From contig JANWJD010000084.1 of NCBI GenBank assembly GCA_025449555.1, forward strand, positions 712 through 64,711: a DNA stretch of 64,000 nucleotides, written 5' to 3'. How positions within the stretch are numbered: position 1 is the first letter of the stretch; each line of letters begins with the position of its first letter. Under the pieces are notes generated by a model that was given only the letters and a program-made list of their open reading frames with translations, did no database searches and was not told the DNA's origin. The DNA is from Chloroflexota bacterium. GTDB taxonomy: Bacteria > Chloroflexota > UBA5177. The position numbers were made by a program, and so were the translations under genes. Shown here in pieces: positions 18,313 to 27,551 of this stretch.

Positions 18313-20072
18313 GACGATCGTTTCTGTACGGCACCGGTAGTCCAGGGGAGGCCGGCCTCCCACCGAAAACGCCGTTCCGTCAGGATGTTGCCGGCATCCA
18401 CGCCGGCTACATGCTGAAACGCCGTCGTTCCGTAGCGAGCTTCAAACGCCTCATCATGGTGAGTCAGCGCCTGACGGCGCTCGGTACTGAATCCTTTCAA
18501 CCTTCCCCCGCCGTCGAGTCGGTCAAAGTCGCTCAAGGAGAGTTGAGACGGTTTCGTAAACTCTCCAATTTTCAGTTCGACTGCCAGTAAACGAGGCGCC
18601 TGCTCGTCCTCACCGGCGGTGGATCGAGGTCGCGGCCGGCTCTGCAGCAGCAACCGTTGGGCTCGTTCGAGCAGAGCAGCGGCCGTGTCGATCGGCGTAC
18701 GAACCATGGCAACCATCTGCTGTGAACGACCGATATGCTCCGGTCGCGGCGTGAAGGATGCCGGCAACATGTCTCCCTCCGCAACACCGTCCCCGCCTCC
18801 GTCACCCTTCTCCTGCTCCGCGGGAGAAGGGCCGGGGATGAGGGTGCGCGCTCCCGAAAGCGGCTGCGGCAACCCCGAAGAATGGACCCGATACGGACTC
18901 GGCAGAGTTGGTCGCTCATCGTCCCGGTGGCGTGGCGCAGCCGTCAACCGTTGTAGCGTCGCCCCTTGTGGGCGACCCCGGGCTGACGTTTCATCCCACG
19001 TGGCGCCGCCCTGCGGCATGAATGACTCCGTCGCCGAGTGTTCGGGCGCTGTCACGCTCCGACCTCCACTACATTGCCCTGTGGTCATCCGACGTGGCAT
19101 CGCTTGCGGAATGAGTGTCTCTTTTGGAGTGGGCAGCACCGACGGCTCGCCATTCTCCAGGCTTCTTGCCGGTTTTCGCTCGGGCAGTAATTGCCCCGAT
19201 TCTTCCGTCCAGATCAGGGTTAGCCCTACCAACCTTCCCCCGGCTCTACGCTCCAGCAGCTCACCGGCACAGGTGTCGGCCAGCGTACGGAGACTGTCCA
19301 TCGCTTCCTCGATCGAGCCGTCCTCGCATTCGTAGCGCGCCACAATGAACGATTTTTCTGGCGGCGGCAGGACCGGACGCGGATCGATGCCGCGCGCGTA
19401 ACGGTGAAGCTGCTCGCCGGCGGCCCCAAAGCGTTGTTTCACCGCGGAGGAAGGAAGCGCGGCAAATTGCCCAATCGTCGTGAGGCCGAGCACCTGAAAC
19501 GTCAGCGCCAGGCGAGCATCGACCCCGGGCAACAAGGTCAGCGGAAGATCCGCCAGAAAGACGCGTTCTCGTCCTCGCTCGATCACCGTCACACCATCCG
19601 CCTCGGTAGATATCGAGGCTAGCTGCGCGACCAGTCGGTTCGATGCCATGCCGAGCGAAGGAACGATGCCGGTCGAACGTTCGATCTGCCGCGCGATGGT
19701 CCGTCCGGCGCTCCACTCATCACTCCAGAAGCGCTCACATCCGGACATATCACACGCTGCCTGCCCCATCTCCTCCGGTTCGACCAGCGGAGTATGACAG
19801 CGCAAGAGGTCGCAGATTTCCTCCCATACCTGCTCGTATCGAGGGAGATCGGGCAGGAGGAAAACCCCGTGAGGACAGTGCTGGTGTGCCTGAGAAAGCG
19901 TCATGCCGAGACGCACCCCAGACTGTTGCGCCAGTTGGTTCGCCTCGCGCACTATTCCCCGCTGCTGTGGTAAGCCACCGATAACCAGCGGGCAGGAGCG
20001 CAACTCCGGGCGCCGAGCTTCCTCCACTGCCACCCAAAAGCCGGGAACCACACGAAGGTGAACGATCATCAT
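18309..20072 (-). CDS. imuB: ImuB-like, probably catalytically inactive Y-family polymerase
   Basis: IMS fold (F.VAVE..RRPEL, GVRLGMTLSQA..CP, SLGMASNRLVAQLAS, LPL..LPGV); catalytic D and DE replaced (HLRVVPGF; EEMGQAACD); QLSL clamp motif near the C-terminus; GGAGG RBS. Confidence 0.88.
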   Translation of the reverse strand: MMIVHLRVVPGFWVAVEEARRPELRSCPLVIGGLPQQRGIVREANQLAQQSGVRLGMTLSQAHQHCPHGVFLLPDLPRYEQVWEEICDLLRCHTPLVEPEEMGQAACDMSGCERFWSDEWSAGRTIARQIERSTGIVPSLGMASNRLVAQLASISTEADGVTVIERGRERVFLADLPLTLLPGVDARLALTFQVLGLTTIGQFAALPSSAVKQRFGAAGEQLHRYARGIDPRPVLPPPEKSFIVARYECEDGSIEEAMDSLRTLADTCAGELLERRAGGRLVGLTLIWTEESGQLLPERKPARSLENGEPSVLPTPKETLIPQAMPRRMTTGQCSGGRSVTAPEHSATESFMPQGGATWDETSARGRPQGATLQRLTAAPRHRDDERPTLPSPYRVHSSGLPQPLSGARTLIPGPSPAEQEKGDGGGDGVAEGDMLPASFTPRPEHIGRSQQMVAMVRTPIDTAAALLERAQRLLLQSRPRPRSTAGEDEQAPRLLAVELKIGEFTKPSQLSLSDFDRLDGGGRLKGFSTERRQALTHHDEAFEARYGTTAFQHVAGVDAGNILTERRFRWEAGLPWTTGAVQKRSS

Positions 20073-20106
20073 CGCCTCCACGACATACTGAGATCGTATT
20101 CCCTCT

Positions 20107-20136
20107 TATTGGAACATAAGTTCTATATAATGTCAA
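20107..20136 (-). promoter_or_regulatory. SOS promoter: LexA box GAAC-ATAA-GTTC between -35 TTGACA and an extended -10
   Basis: Minus strand TTGACA-17 nt-TCCAAT with TGn extension; perfect GAAC-N4-GTTC at 20112-20123; possible degenerate second box GGAC-ATAT-TTTC at 20143-20154. Confidence 0.85.
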
Positions 20137-20229
20137 TACCTGGGACATATTTTCTCATAAGACACTACATGTTGTGGCCCACCCTCCATTCACCCGACTC
20201 TGGATGATCACCATACGCACACATGGTCC

Positions 20230-20254
20230 CAGGGAACGGCCGGCGTGCCGTTCC
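20230..20254 (+). repeat. Degenerate REP palindrome (same family as 8330 and 13441)
   Basis: cagGGAACGGC-cggcgt-GCCGTTCC. Confidence 0.6.
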
Positions 20255-20630
20255 GCCCGAACGTCGGCCCGCGCTCCCGTTCCGATTCCCAAGGCGACCT
20301 TTGCACGCGGCATGGCGCCGCACCTGTGGGACACACTCCCTCTTGCTTTTCCTTCCATCCGTCGTACGGTAGAAATAAGAACCGTCCACCCTTCACCCCC
20401 CAGCGACCACCCACCACGTAAACCAGAATTCTGACGAAACAAACCCAATTTTTGGCGATATGCCGCCAGTTCACTCTCCACCAACCCAAATCCAAAGCCA
20501 ATGAAAACCCACTCAAACACCCCTTAAACCCGATATGCACCCCCAACACCGCCCTTCACCCCGCCTGAACTCAGGCGACCGGGGGCCGGCGCGCTCCCTG
20601 GTACAATCGACTACTCGACGAGGAGGCTGT

Positions 20631-21653
20631 ATGGACCTCTCCTACGAGCCGTTGGACCTCCGCCTGCATGAGCCGTTTACCATCGCCCGAGGCACCCAAC
20701 TCGTCGCCCAAAATGTGCGGGTAACGCTGAGCCACGATGGAATCACCGGCAGCGGCGAAGCCGCACCAGAAGAACATTACGGCGAGCTCCAGGCGACGGT
20801 CATCGCCTTCCTGAACGCGTTCAGCCCGCGATTGACCGAGTATCCGGCCACCGTTCCACTCCACACACTCCATCAACTCATGCAGCAGACGGCCCAGCTC
20901 AATCCGGCTGCCAGAGCAGCCGTGGACATGGCTGCCTACGATCTGCTCGGCAAGCGCCTGGGTGCACCCGTCTACGAACTCCTGGGCTTGAATCCGGCCC
21001 ATACTCCTCGCACCTCCTACACCATCGGAATCGACGAACCGGAGGTCATGGCGCGGAAAGCAGCGCAGGCCGAGAAGGATCCTATTCTCAAAGTCAAGGT
21101 CGGCACCGCCCGCGACCGCGAGAACCTGGCATCCGTTCGTGACGAACGGCCGGATGCCGTGATTCGGGTCGACGCCAACTCGGCCTGGACTCCGAAGCAG
21201 GCCATAGCCCGGATCGCGGAGCTCGAGGAGTTCAAACTCGAGTTTGTCGAACAGCCGGTGGATGGCCGCGACCTGGAAGGACTCGGTCTCGTCCGCCGTG
21301 CCTCGAAATTACCGATCATCGCCGACGAGAGCTGCATCGTTCCGGCCGATGTACCTCGAGTAGCGCCGTACGTCGACGGCATCAATATCAAATTGATGAA
21401 GTGCGGGGGTATCTATCCCGCCCTCCAGATGATTCATCTCGCCCGAGCGCACCATCTCAGCGTCATGATGGGCTGCATGATCGAGAGCTCGATCGCCATC
21501 ACGGCCGCCGCCCACCTCTCCCCGCTCCTGGATTACGCCGACCTCGATGGAAACTTGCTGATCGACCACGATCCCTACCGCGGTGTAACCGTACGCGACG
21601 GCAAACTGTGTCTCCCATCCGCCCCGGGACTTGGGCTGCAGTCCGCCGCATGA
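20631..21653 (+). CDS. L-Ala-D/L-Glu dipeptide epimerase (enolase superfamily)
   Basis: PFTIARG, KVKVG, RVDAN, EQP, ADES, NIKLMKCGG, MGCM, DLDG; AGGAGG RBS; TGGTACAAT -10. Confidence 0.93.
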   Translation: MDLSYEPLDLRLHEPFTIARGTQLVAQNVRVTLSHDGITGSGEAAPEEHYGELQATVIAFLNAFSPRLTEYPATVPLHTLHQLMQQTAQLNPAARAAVDMAAYDLLGKRLGAPVYELLGLNPAHTPRTSYTIGIDEPEVMARKAAQAEKDPILKVKVGTARDRENLASVRDERPDAVIRVDANSAWTPKQAIARIAELEEFKLEFVEQPVDGRDLEGLGLVRRASKLPIIADESCIVPADVPRVAPYVDGINIKLMKCGGIYPALQMIHLARAHHLSVMMGCMIESSIAITAAAHLSPLLDYADLDGNLLIDHDPYRGVTVRDGKLCLPSAPGLGLQSAA

Positions 21654-22672
21654 CGGCCGAACCGATCCGAATCGTCGTGTCCGGCAGCCTGCCCGGTAGT
21701 TTCCCGGCCACGGCCTTCGGTGACCGGGTTGAATTCGTCACAGCTCACACCGACGACGAGTTGCGGAGCACGGTGCTGGATGCCGAGGTCCTTTTCACCT
21801 GGCGGGTCCCCGACGAGGTGCCGGACAAGACGCCCCGGCTGCGCTGGATCCAGCTGGCCAGTGCGGGCGTTGATCACATTCGGGGATTGCCTGTGTGGGA
21901 CAGCGACATACTGGTGACGGCCTCGCAGGGCTTGCATACCGTTCCTATGGCCGAACATTGTATGAGCCTTCTGCTGGCGTTGAATCGTCAGATACCGACA
22001 CTCGTTCGCGCCCAGGATCGCAGCGAATGGATTCACAACCGGCGTGACGTACATTTCGGGGAGCTGCGCGGACAGACGCTCGGCATCGTGGGTTGGGGCA
22101 AGATCGGGGACGGTTTGGCCCACCTGGCCCGCGCCTTCGGCATGCGCGTCATCGGCACGCGTTGGTCGGTCATGGTCCCGACCGAAGTTCCCCGGTCCGG
22201 CATCGGCGGATTCTCCGACGAGCCGTGGCTGGAACCGGTGGACGCTCCCGCCGATATCGTCTACCCGGCGTCTCAGCTCCACGATGTTTTGAGCCAGAGT
22301 GATATTGTGGTCATCATTCTTCCTCTTACCCAGGACACAGAAGCCTCTTTCGGGGAACAGGAATTCCGAGCTATGAAGCGCCGGGCGCTATTCTTGAACA
22401 TCGGGCGTGGGCGCGTCGTGCAAGAGGAGGCGATGATTGCGTCCCTGCAGTCGGGGTACCTTGCCGGTGCGGGGCTCGACGTCTTTTCGCGGGAACCTCT
22501 ACCGCGTAACAGCCCGCTCTGGTCGATGCCGAATGTGATCATCAGCCCGCACGTGGGCGGCGTCAGTGCCGCGACTCACGACCGGGTGGCTCGTTTCTTC
22601 GCCGTAAACTTGACCCGCTATCTCGAAGGACAGCCCCTCCTGAACGAAGTCCAGAGGCACGCGGGATATTGA
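21650..22672 (+). CDS. D-2-hydroxyacid dehydrogenase
   Basis: SAGVDH, GIVGWGKIG, NIGRG, LDVF..EPL, SPHVGG; ATGA overlap with the epimerase. Confidence 0.92.
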   Translation: MTAEPIRIVVSGSLPGSFPATAFGDRVEFVTAHTDDELRSTVLDAEVLFTWRVPDEVPDKTPRLRWIQLASAGVDHIRGLPVWDSDILVTASQGLHTVPMAEHCMSLLLALNRQIPTLVRAQDRSEWIHNRRDVHFGELRGQTLGIVGWGKIGDGLAHLARAFGMRVIGTRWSVMVPTEVPRSGIGGFSDEPWLEPVDAPADIVYPASQLHDVLSQSDIVVIILPLTQDTEASFGEQEFRAMKRRALFLNIGRGRVVQEEAMIASLQSGYLAGAGLDVFSREPLPRNSPLWSMPNVIISPHVGGVSAATHDRVARFFAVNLTRYLEGQPLLNEVQRHAGY

Positions 22673-22725
22673 TCGCACGACGGATACCGACTCCAGACCC
22701 CAGGAACTGACGTCAGACGGAAAGG

Positions 22726-24006
22726 ATGCTCATGAACGGTAGTGACGAATTTTTTTCCGAGCGCCTGGACAGTGGGATCCAGGTAGTCGGACAACCCATG
22801 GTCGGCGTGGAATCGGCCTCCGTTGGGTTCCTGATTGGCGCCGGCGCGCGCGACGAAATGGAACCAACTTTCGGCGTCTCGCATTCCCTGGAGCAGATGC
22901 TGTTTCGTGGCACGGATACAAAAAACGCTCGCCAGATATCGGAAAGCTTTGATAGTCTCGGCATCAGCTACGATTCCTCGGCCGGAATCGAGATGACCTT
23001 GATGAGCGCGGTGCTGATCGGAAATCGATTGCCGCCCGCGTTGGAATTGTTGGTCGACTGCTTGCGCCATCCGTCCTTCCCCGAGGAGGAGATGGAAAGC
23101 GTGCGATCGCTCCAGCTGCAGGAAATTCGGCAGCGGGAGGACCGACCGGCACAGAAAGTAATGGACTCGTTGCGCCGCCAGTTTTTCCGGAGCAATCCGA
23201 TCGCCAACGACGTGCTCGGAACCGAAGAGACCGTCGCGGCGCTCACTCGCGATTCGATCGCCGGCTACTGGCGAAGTCGTTACACCGCGAACAATGTAGT
23301 GATCTCCGTGGCGGGCAATTTCGACTGGGATTCTGTAGTTCCACTTTTGCAGGACCTGACCGCCGGCTGGCCGAGTCACGGGGGACGGTCGGAACCAGGC
23401 GTTCCTGAACCACACTCCGGCACCTTCGTGTTCCATAAGGTATCCAGCCAGGAAAATCTGGGGTTCGCATTTGCCGGTGTCCCCGTAGCCGACCCCGACT
23501 ACTACGTGGCCGCACTGGTAGCTCAAGCGCTGGGCGGGAGCTCGCACTCCCGCCTCTTTCAGGAGGTTCGCGAAAAGCGCGGCTTAGCATACGCCGTGCA
23601 AGCTCGGTTTGACGGTATGGAACGCGCTGGACTGATGCGTATCTACGTCGGAACGAGCGCGGATCGGGCGCACGAAAGCGTCGAAGTCGTGCTGCAAGAG
23701 CTCAGAAAGCTGGAGACCGGCGGCATTACGGAGGACGAACTCCGGCTCTCGAAGACTCGCCTCAAGAGTCAGCTCGTCATGCGAAGCGAAAGCACGCTGG
23801 CCCGCATGGCGTCGAACATGCGCTCCTGGTGGTTTGAAGAAAAACTTTACAGTCTGGCGGACGTCGCGCAACGTATCGACGCCGTCGATCTACCGGCAGT
23901 TGCCGATCTTTTGAAACGACTCGAAATCACAGAGCGCTTGACCGCCGTCGCCCTCGGCCCCCGATCCGAGGAAGAGCTGTTCGGCGGCGTGATGGCGCGG
24001 TCCTGA
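22726..24006 (+). CDS. M16 (pitrilysin/MPP-like) peptidase subunit with degenerate HxxEH (HSLEQ)
   Basis: GARDE...GVSHSLEQMLFRGT; SRLFQEVREKRGLAY. Confidence 0.9.
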   Translation: MLMNGSDEFFSERLDSGIQVVGQPMVGVESASVGFLIGAGARDEMEPTFGVSHSLEQMLFRGTDTKNARQISESFDSLGISYDSSAGIEMTLMSAVLIGNRLPPALELLVDCLRHPSFPEEEMESVRSLQLQEIRQREDRPAQKVMDSLRRQFFRSNPIANDVLGTEETVAALTRDSIAGYWRSRYTANNVVISVAGNFDWDSVVPLLQDLTAGWPSHGGRSEPGVPEPHSGTFVFHKVSSQENLGFAFAGVPVADPDYYVAALVAQALGGSSHSRLFQEVREKRGLAYAVQARFDGMERAGLMRIYVGTSADRAHESVEVVLQELRKLETGGITEDELRLSKTRLKSQLVMRSESTLARMASNMRSWWFEEKLYSLADVAQRIDAVDLPAVADLLKRLEITERLTAVALGPRSEEELFGGVMARS

Positions 24007-24018
24007 AGGAGAGTACTT

Positions 24019-25299
24019 ATGGCCACGACCATCACCAGGCAGGACAGCACATTTCACACGCACGTCCTGCCGAACGGCCTGCAGCTCATCGGACAGACGA
24101 TCCCTGGAGTTCAGTCCACGGCCGTCATTTTTTGGGTGTGCACCGGCACGCGCGACGAGATCATCGACCAGATGGGAGTCTCACACTTCCTCGAACATAT
24201 GGCGTTCCGGCGCACCAAAAAATACTCGGGCGGCGAGATCGACCGAACCTGGGAAGAAATGGGGGCGGATCACAATGCAGCCACCTCCTGGGAGATGACG
24301 TTCTACTGGGCACGCGTCTTGAGCGAGAACACCAACTGGGCGATCGACGTGCTGTCCGAGCTCACCAGGCCGGTGCTCGACGTGGACGACTTTGACCAGG
24401 AACGGAACGTCATTCTGGAAGAAATCGCGCGCTACGAGGACCAACCGGTCCACGTCCTGTTCAGCCACTTCATGCGCGACTTCTACGGTGACTACCCGCT
24501 GTCCTGGGAAACGTTGGGTACACCGGAGACGATTCGCAACCTGGATGTCGAGCAGATGCGCGCCTACTGGCAGCGCCGCTACGGCGCCAGGAACGTCATT
24601 TTTTCGATTGCCGGCGCGTTCGATTGGGAAGAGGTGAAGGCCACCGTCCAGCGCCTCACCTCTGACTGGGAGCCCGGTGAGGCGGAACGACAGCTGGGAC
24701 AGCCCAGATTTGTCCCGAAGGCGCGGGTCTATCAGCGCCAGAAGTTCGTGCAGCAGCACATTGCTATCGGTACTCCAATGGTGTCGAGAAGCGACCCTCG
24801 CTACTACTCCGCCGCACTGCTCTCAACCATTCTGGGCGACGAAACCGGCTCTCGCCTGTTCTGGTCGGTCTATCAAAAGGGATTGGCCGATTCTGCTACC
24901 GCCCAGGCGATGGAGTTCGAGGACACGGGAATGATGCTGGTTCACATCGGCACAGAGCCGGCGAAAGCGGTGGAGGCACTGGAAATTACGCAGTATGAAC
25001 TCGAGCGCCTGCAGCACTTCGACGTTGACGAAATGGAGCTCGAACGGGCCAAGGCCAAACTCAATAGCTCAGTGGTGATCGGTGGCGAGAGCACCAATGA
25101 GCGCGTCATGGGCCTTATCTCGTCCTGGCTCACTCAGGGACGTCTCGAAACCCTCGAAGAGGTTCGTACCAAAATCGATCAGGTGACCCTGCAGGACTTG
25201 AAGAGCCTGCTCGACGACAAACCGATCTGGCCAAACCAGGTGATTACCGCCGTCGGTCCACTTTCTGAGGAGGAGTTACCAATCCGACTGCCAGGGTAA
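24019..25299 (+). CDS. M16 peptidase subunit with intact HxxEH
   Basis: GVSHFLEHMAF, NAATSWE, ERNVILEEI; AAGGAG RBS. Confidence 0.92.
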   Translation: MATTITRQDSTFHTHVLPNGLQLIGQTIPGVQSTAVIFWVCTGTRDEIIDQMGVSHFLEHMAFRRTKKYSGGEIDRTWEEMGADHNAATSWEMTFYWARVLSENTNWAIDVLSELTRPVLDVDDFDQERNVILEEIARYEDQPVHVLFSHFMRDFYGDYPLSWETLGTPETIRNLDVEQMRAYWQRRYGARNVIFSIAGAFDWEEVKATVQRLTSDWEPGEAERQLGQPRFVPKARVYQRQKFVQQHIAIGTPMVSRSDPRYYSAALLSTILGDETGSRLFWSVYQKGLADSATAQAMEFEDTGMMLVHIGTEPAKAVEALEITQYELERLQHFDVDEMELERAKAKLNSSVVIGGESTNERVMGLISSWLTQGRLETLEEVRTKIDQVTLQDLKSLLDDKPIWPNQVITAVGPLSEEELPIRLPG

Positions 25300-27499
25300 G
25301 GTGATTGTCCGTCACATCGTCGACCACCGCCGCTTGAATCGAGGAGGCGATTCTTGCGGCGAAGCTGCCATCGCGTGCAGTCGTCCCCCGAGCAAGTGTG
25401 TGACCGGCTTTGTCTCGAATCACCAGCAGCCGATCGTGCATGGCGACCCCCGATGAGTCGCAGAGGCGTACTGCGACCAGGCGGTAGACCGCACGCGCCG
25501 CCCGCAGCGCCGGCCCGATGGTCGCGCTTGAGCGGACTGTCGAGGTCGCGAACGGCTCGTTCACGAGTGCCGGTGGCCGGACGAGCCGGCAGGAGTTTTG
25601 CCAGATGTGGTTCAACCGGAGAGTGAAGACAGCCGGATGGATCGCGTCGACATATCCGGTCCAGTAGGCCACATTGAGGTCAGTAGGTTCCTGAAAACAA
25701 AATCGGTCAATGCCTGGTGCGGTCACCTCCAGCAACAGCAGATTGTGTCCGGCTCGGTCCGACGAGCCTCCCGATCGAAAAGGGTCGAGCGGCAAGGTAA
25801 ATTCGCCGGCCCTGCCCGTGAGCACCGTGGAATCCGATTGCGTAAACCGGTGGGTGCCATACCCAACCCCGGAGTCGTAGAACAGGCGCACGGTTGCCGT
25901 CCCCGTCAGTTTCTTCCCGGCTGCATCCAGCACGCGCAGCACGTTTCTGGCGGGAATATCGGCGAACCAATCGCCGATGTTGCATGGGGCATTGAAATTC
26001 CCGCACAGGGCTCGCCTGTTACCCAGCCGATTCAGCACCAGCGCTGTGTACGGACTGTAGAAGTCGGCGCACACGCACGACATCAGGTCGCGCTCCACGT
26101 TTTGATACACCAGGGTGCCTCCATCCGATCCCGCAAAGCCGCGAATCGAGTTGCCTATTCCGAATGGATCGAGCGGATTGTATGCCGGTGTACCGCCTGC
26201 GGATCGCACGTCGATTTGACTCGGACTGTCAACCGGAAGGTCAAAGCGATACAGGTCGGCCAGCGATCGCGCGTGTCCCAATTCGTGCAACATCGCCCAG
26301 TCGATGCGAAACGGCCCCGGAGAGTTCAGGGCATACCCCAACGAGACGTCCTTCGATGGTAGCCCCCATTCCAGATCCACCGAGTGATCTTGCCGTTTGG
26401 GAGAATCCGAGGCGATTCCCCCGTCCAGCGGCAACGACCCATCCGGTACCACCGTGATCTTGTCGACCCGCACCCGGGTGGCAACTCCATTCGGCGTGAG
26501 TCCCGGATATCTGGCCTGGCGAAACATCTCATTCCAGGCCCGAACCTGACGCTGCAACCAGTCTTCGAACGAGTCCGAACCGGTGCATCCCTGCAGTTGG
26601 CAATATCGTTGTTGGTACGCACGAAAATAGGTGTAGGCGGATCGCTCCACCCAGAATCCCAGCGTGATTGCGTTTGTGTCGATGTTGAGTCCGTTATTCC
26701 CTGTAGCCAGCTCCGGGTCCTCAGTCGTGACCTGAAAACTCAACCGGTGATCGGCCATGGTCCACGGCAGTGTCAGCGATAGAGTTGCTTCCCCGAAAGG
26801 CGGCAGAGCGGCTGGATACTGACCGGTTTGCAGGAGTTTTCCGTCGAGCAGCCACCGGTACTGAAAGGCAGAGACCGGTCGACCTCCCTGGTTCATCACG
26901 TGCGCCACGTAGGTCAGATTCTGGCCCACACTCGGCACGTTCGGCGTGCCGTCGTACGCATACGTGGGATCCCGATGAATGTATGTGACGTCGAGGTCCG
27001 CGAGATCGACCCGCCCGTCCAACAGTTCGTAGTTCGGCAGGACGGTCTGGGCGTCCGGGCTCCCGGTGTCGTCGAAATACGAAGCATAGTACGTCGACGC
27101 CTGGCCGAATCCGCCGCGGAAGAGGAAGCAGAGTGGTTTGCCTTGCCAGTTTTGACTGTGACCCGACTGCAAATCGACCACCGCCTCTACGAAGCCGGAT
27201 GCCCGCACTGGGAGAGCGCCGTACGCTTCTTCCGTCGTCGCGGCGCACGTCGCGCCGACCCAGACCCCCCAGTTCTTATCCCCTGGTGCGTCGTGGAGCA
27301 CGATGTGAAAATATCGATGGATCGCGGTGGTGGACGGAAAGGGACAGTCAGTCGGATTGTCCCCGCAGGTGCGATCTCCTTCGAACAGAGCCTGTACCGT
27401 CCCTTGCGGCGCCTGCGCCACGACCGCCGGAGCATTGCCGGCAGTGGAAAGGGCGATTGCCGGCAGGCAGAAATACAGGACCAAACTTCTCATGCTCAT
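25244..27499 (-). CDS. Secreted protein with CARDB/Ig-like domain and metzincin-like HELGH peptidase domain
   Basis: Signal peptide; DLDVTYI...TYVAHVMNQG...ELATGNN (CARDB-like); MLHELGHARSLADLY and DLMS Met-turn. Confidence 0.7.
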   Translation of the reverse strand: MSMRSLVLYFCLPAIALSTAGNAPAVVAQAPQGTVQALFEGDRTCGDNPTDCPFPSTTAIHRYFHIVLHDAPGDKNWGVWVGATCAATTEEAYGALPVRASGFVEAVVDLQSGHSQNWQGKPLCFLFRGGFGQASTYYASYFDDTGSPDAQTVLPNYELLDGRVDLADLDVTYIHRDPTYAYDGTPNVPSVGQNLTYVAHVMNQGGRPVSAFQYRWLLDGKLLQTGQYPAALPPFGEATLSLTLPWTMADHRLSFQVTTEDPELATGNNGLNIDTNAITLGFWVERSAYTYFRAYQQRYCQLQGCTGSDSFEDWLQRQVRAWNEMFRQARYPGLTPNGVATRVRVDKITVVPDGSLPLDGGIASDSPKRQDHSVDLEWGLPSKDVSLGYALNSPGPFRIDWAMLHELGHARSLADLYRFDLPVDSPSQIDVRSAGGTPAYNPLDPFGIGNSIRGFAGSDGGTLVYQNVERDLMSCVCADFYSPYTALVLNRLGNRRALCGNFNAPCNIGDWFADIPARNVLRVLDAAGKKLTGTATVRLFYDSGVGYGTHRFTQSDSTVLTGRAGEFTLPLDPFRSGGSSDRAGHNLLLLEVTAPGIDRFCFQEPTDLNVAYWTGYVDAIHPAVFTLRLNHIWQNSCRLVRPPALVNEPFATSTVRSSATIGPALRAARAVYRLVAVRLCDSSGVAMHDRLLVIRDKAGHTLARGTTARDGSFAARIASSIQAAVVDDVTDNHLTLAVGLVTPPQKVDRRR

Positions 27500-27551
27500 C
27501 TAACCATGTCAGCGTACGCTATGCGATGAACGTCATTCACCCTTCCTTTCC

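Noticed and set aside
20111..20140. dif-like (XerCD) site
   Set aside because: Poor match to the XerD arm TTATGTTAAAT; fully explained by the LexA box and -35 element.
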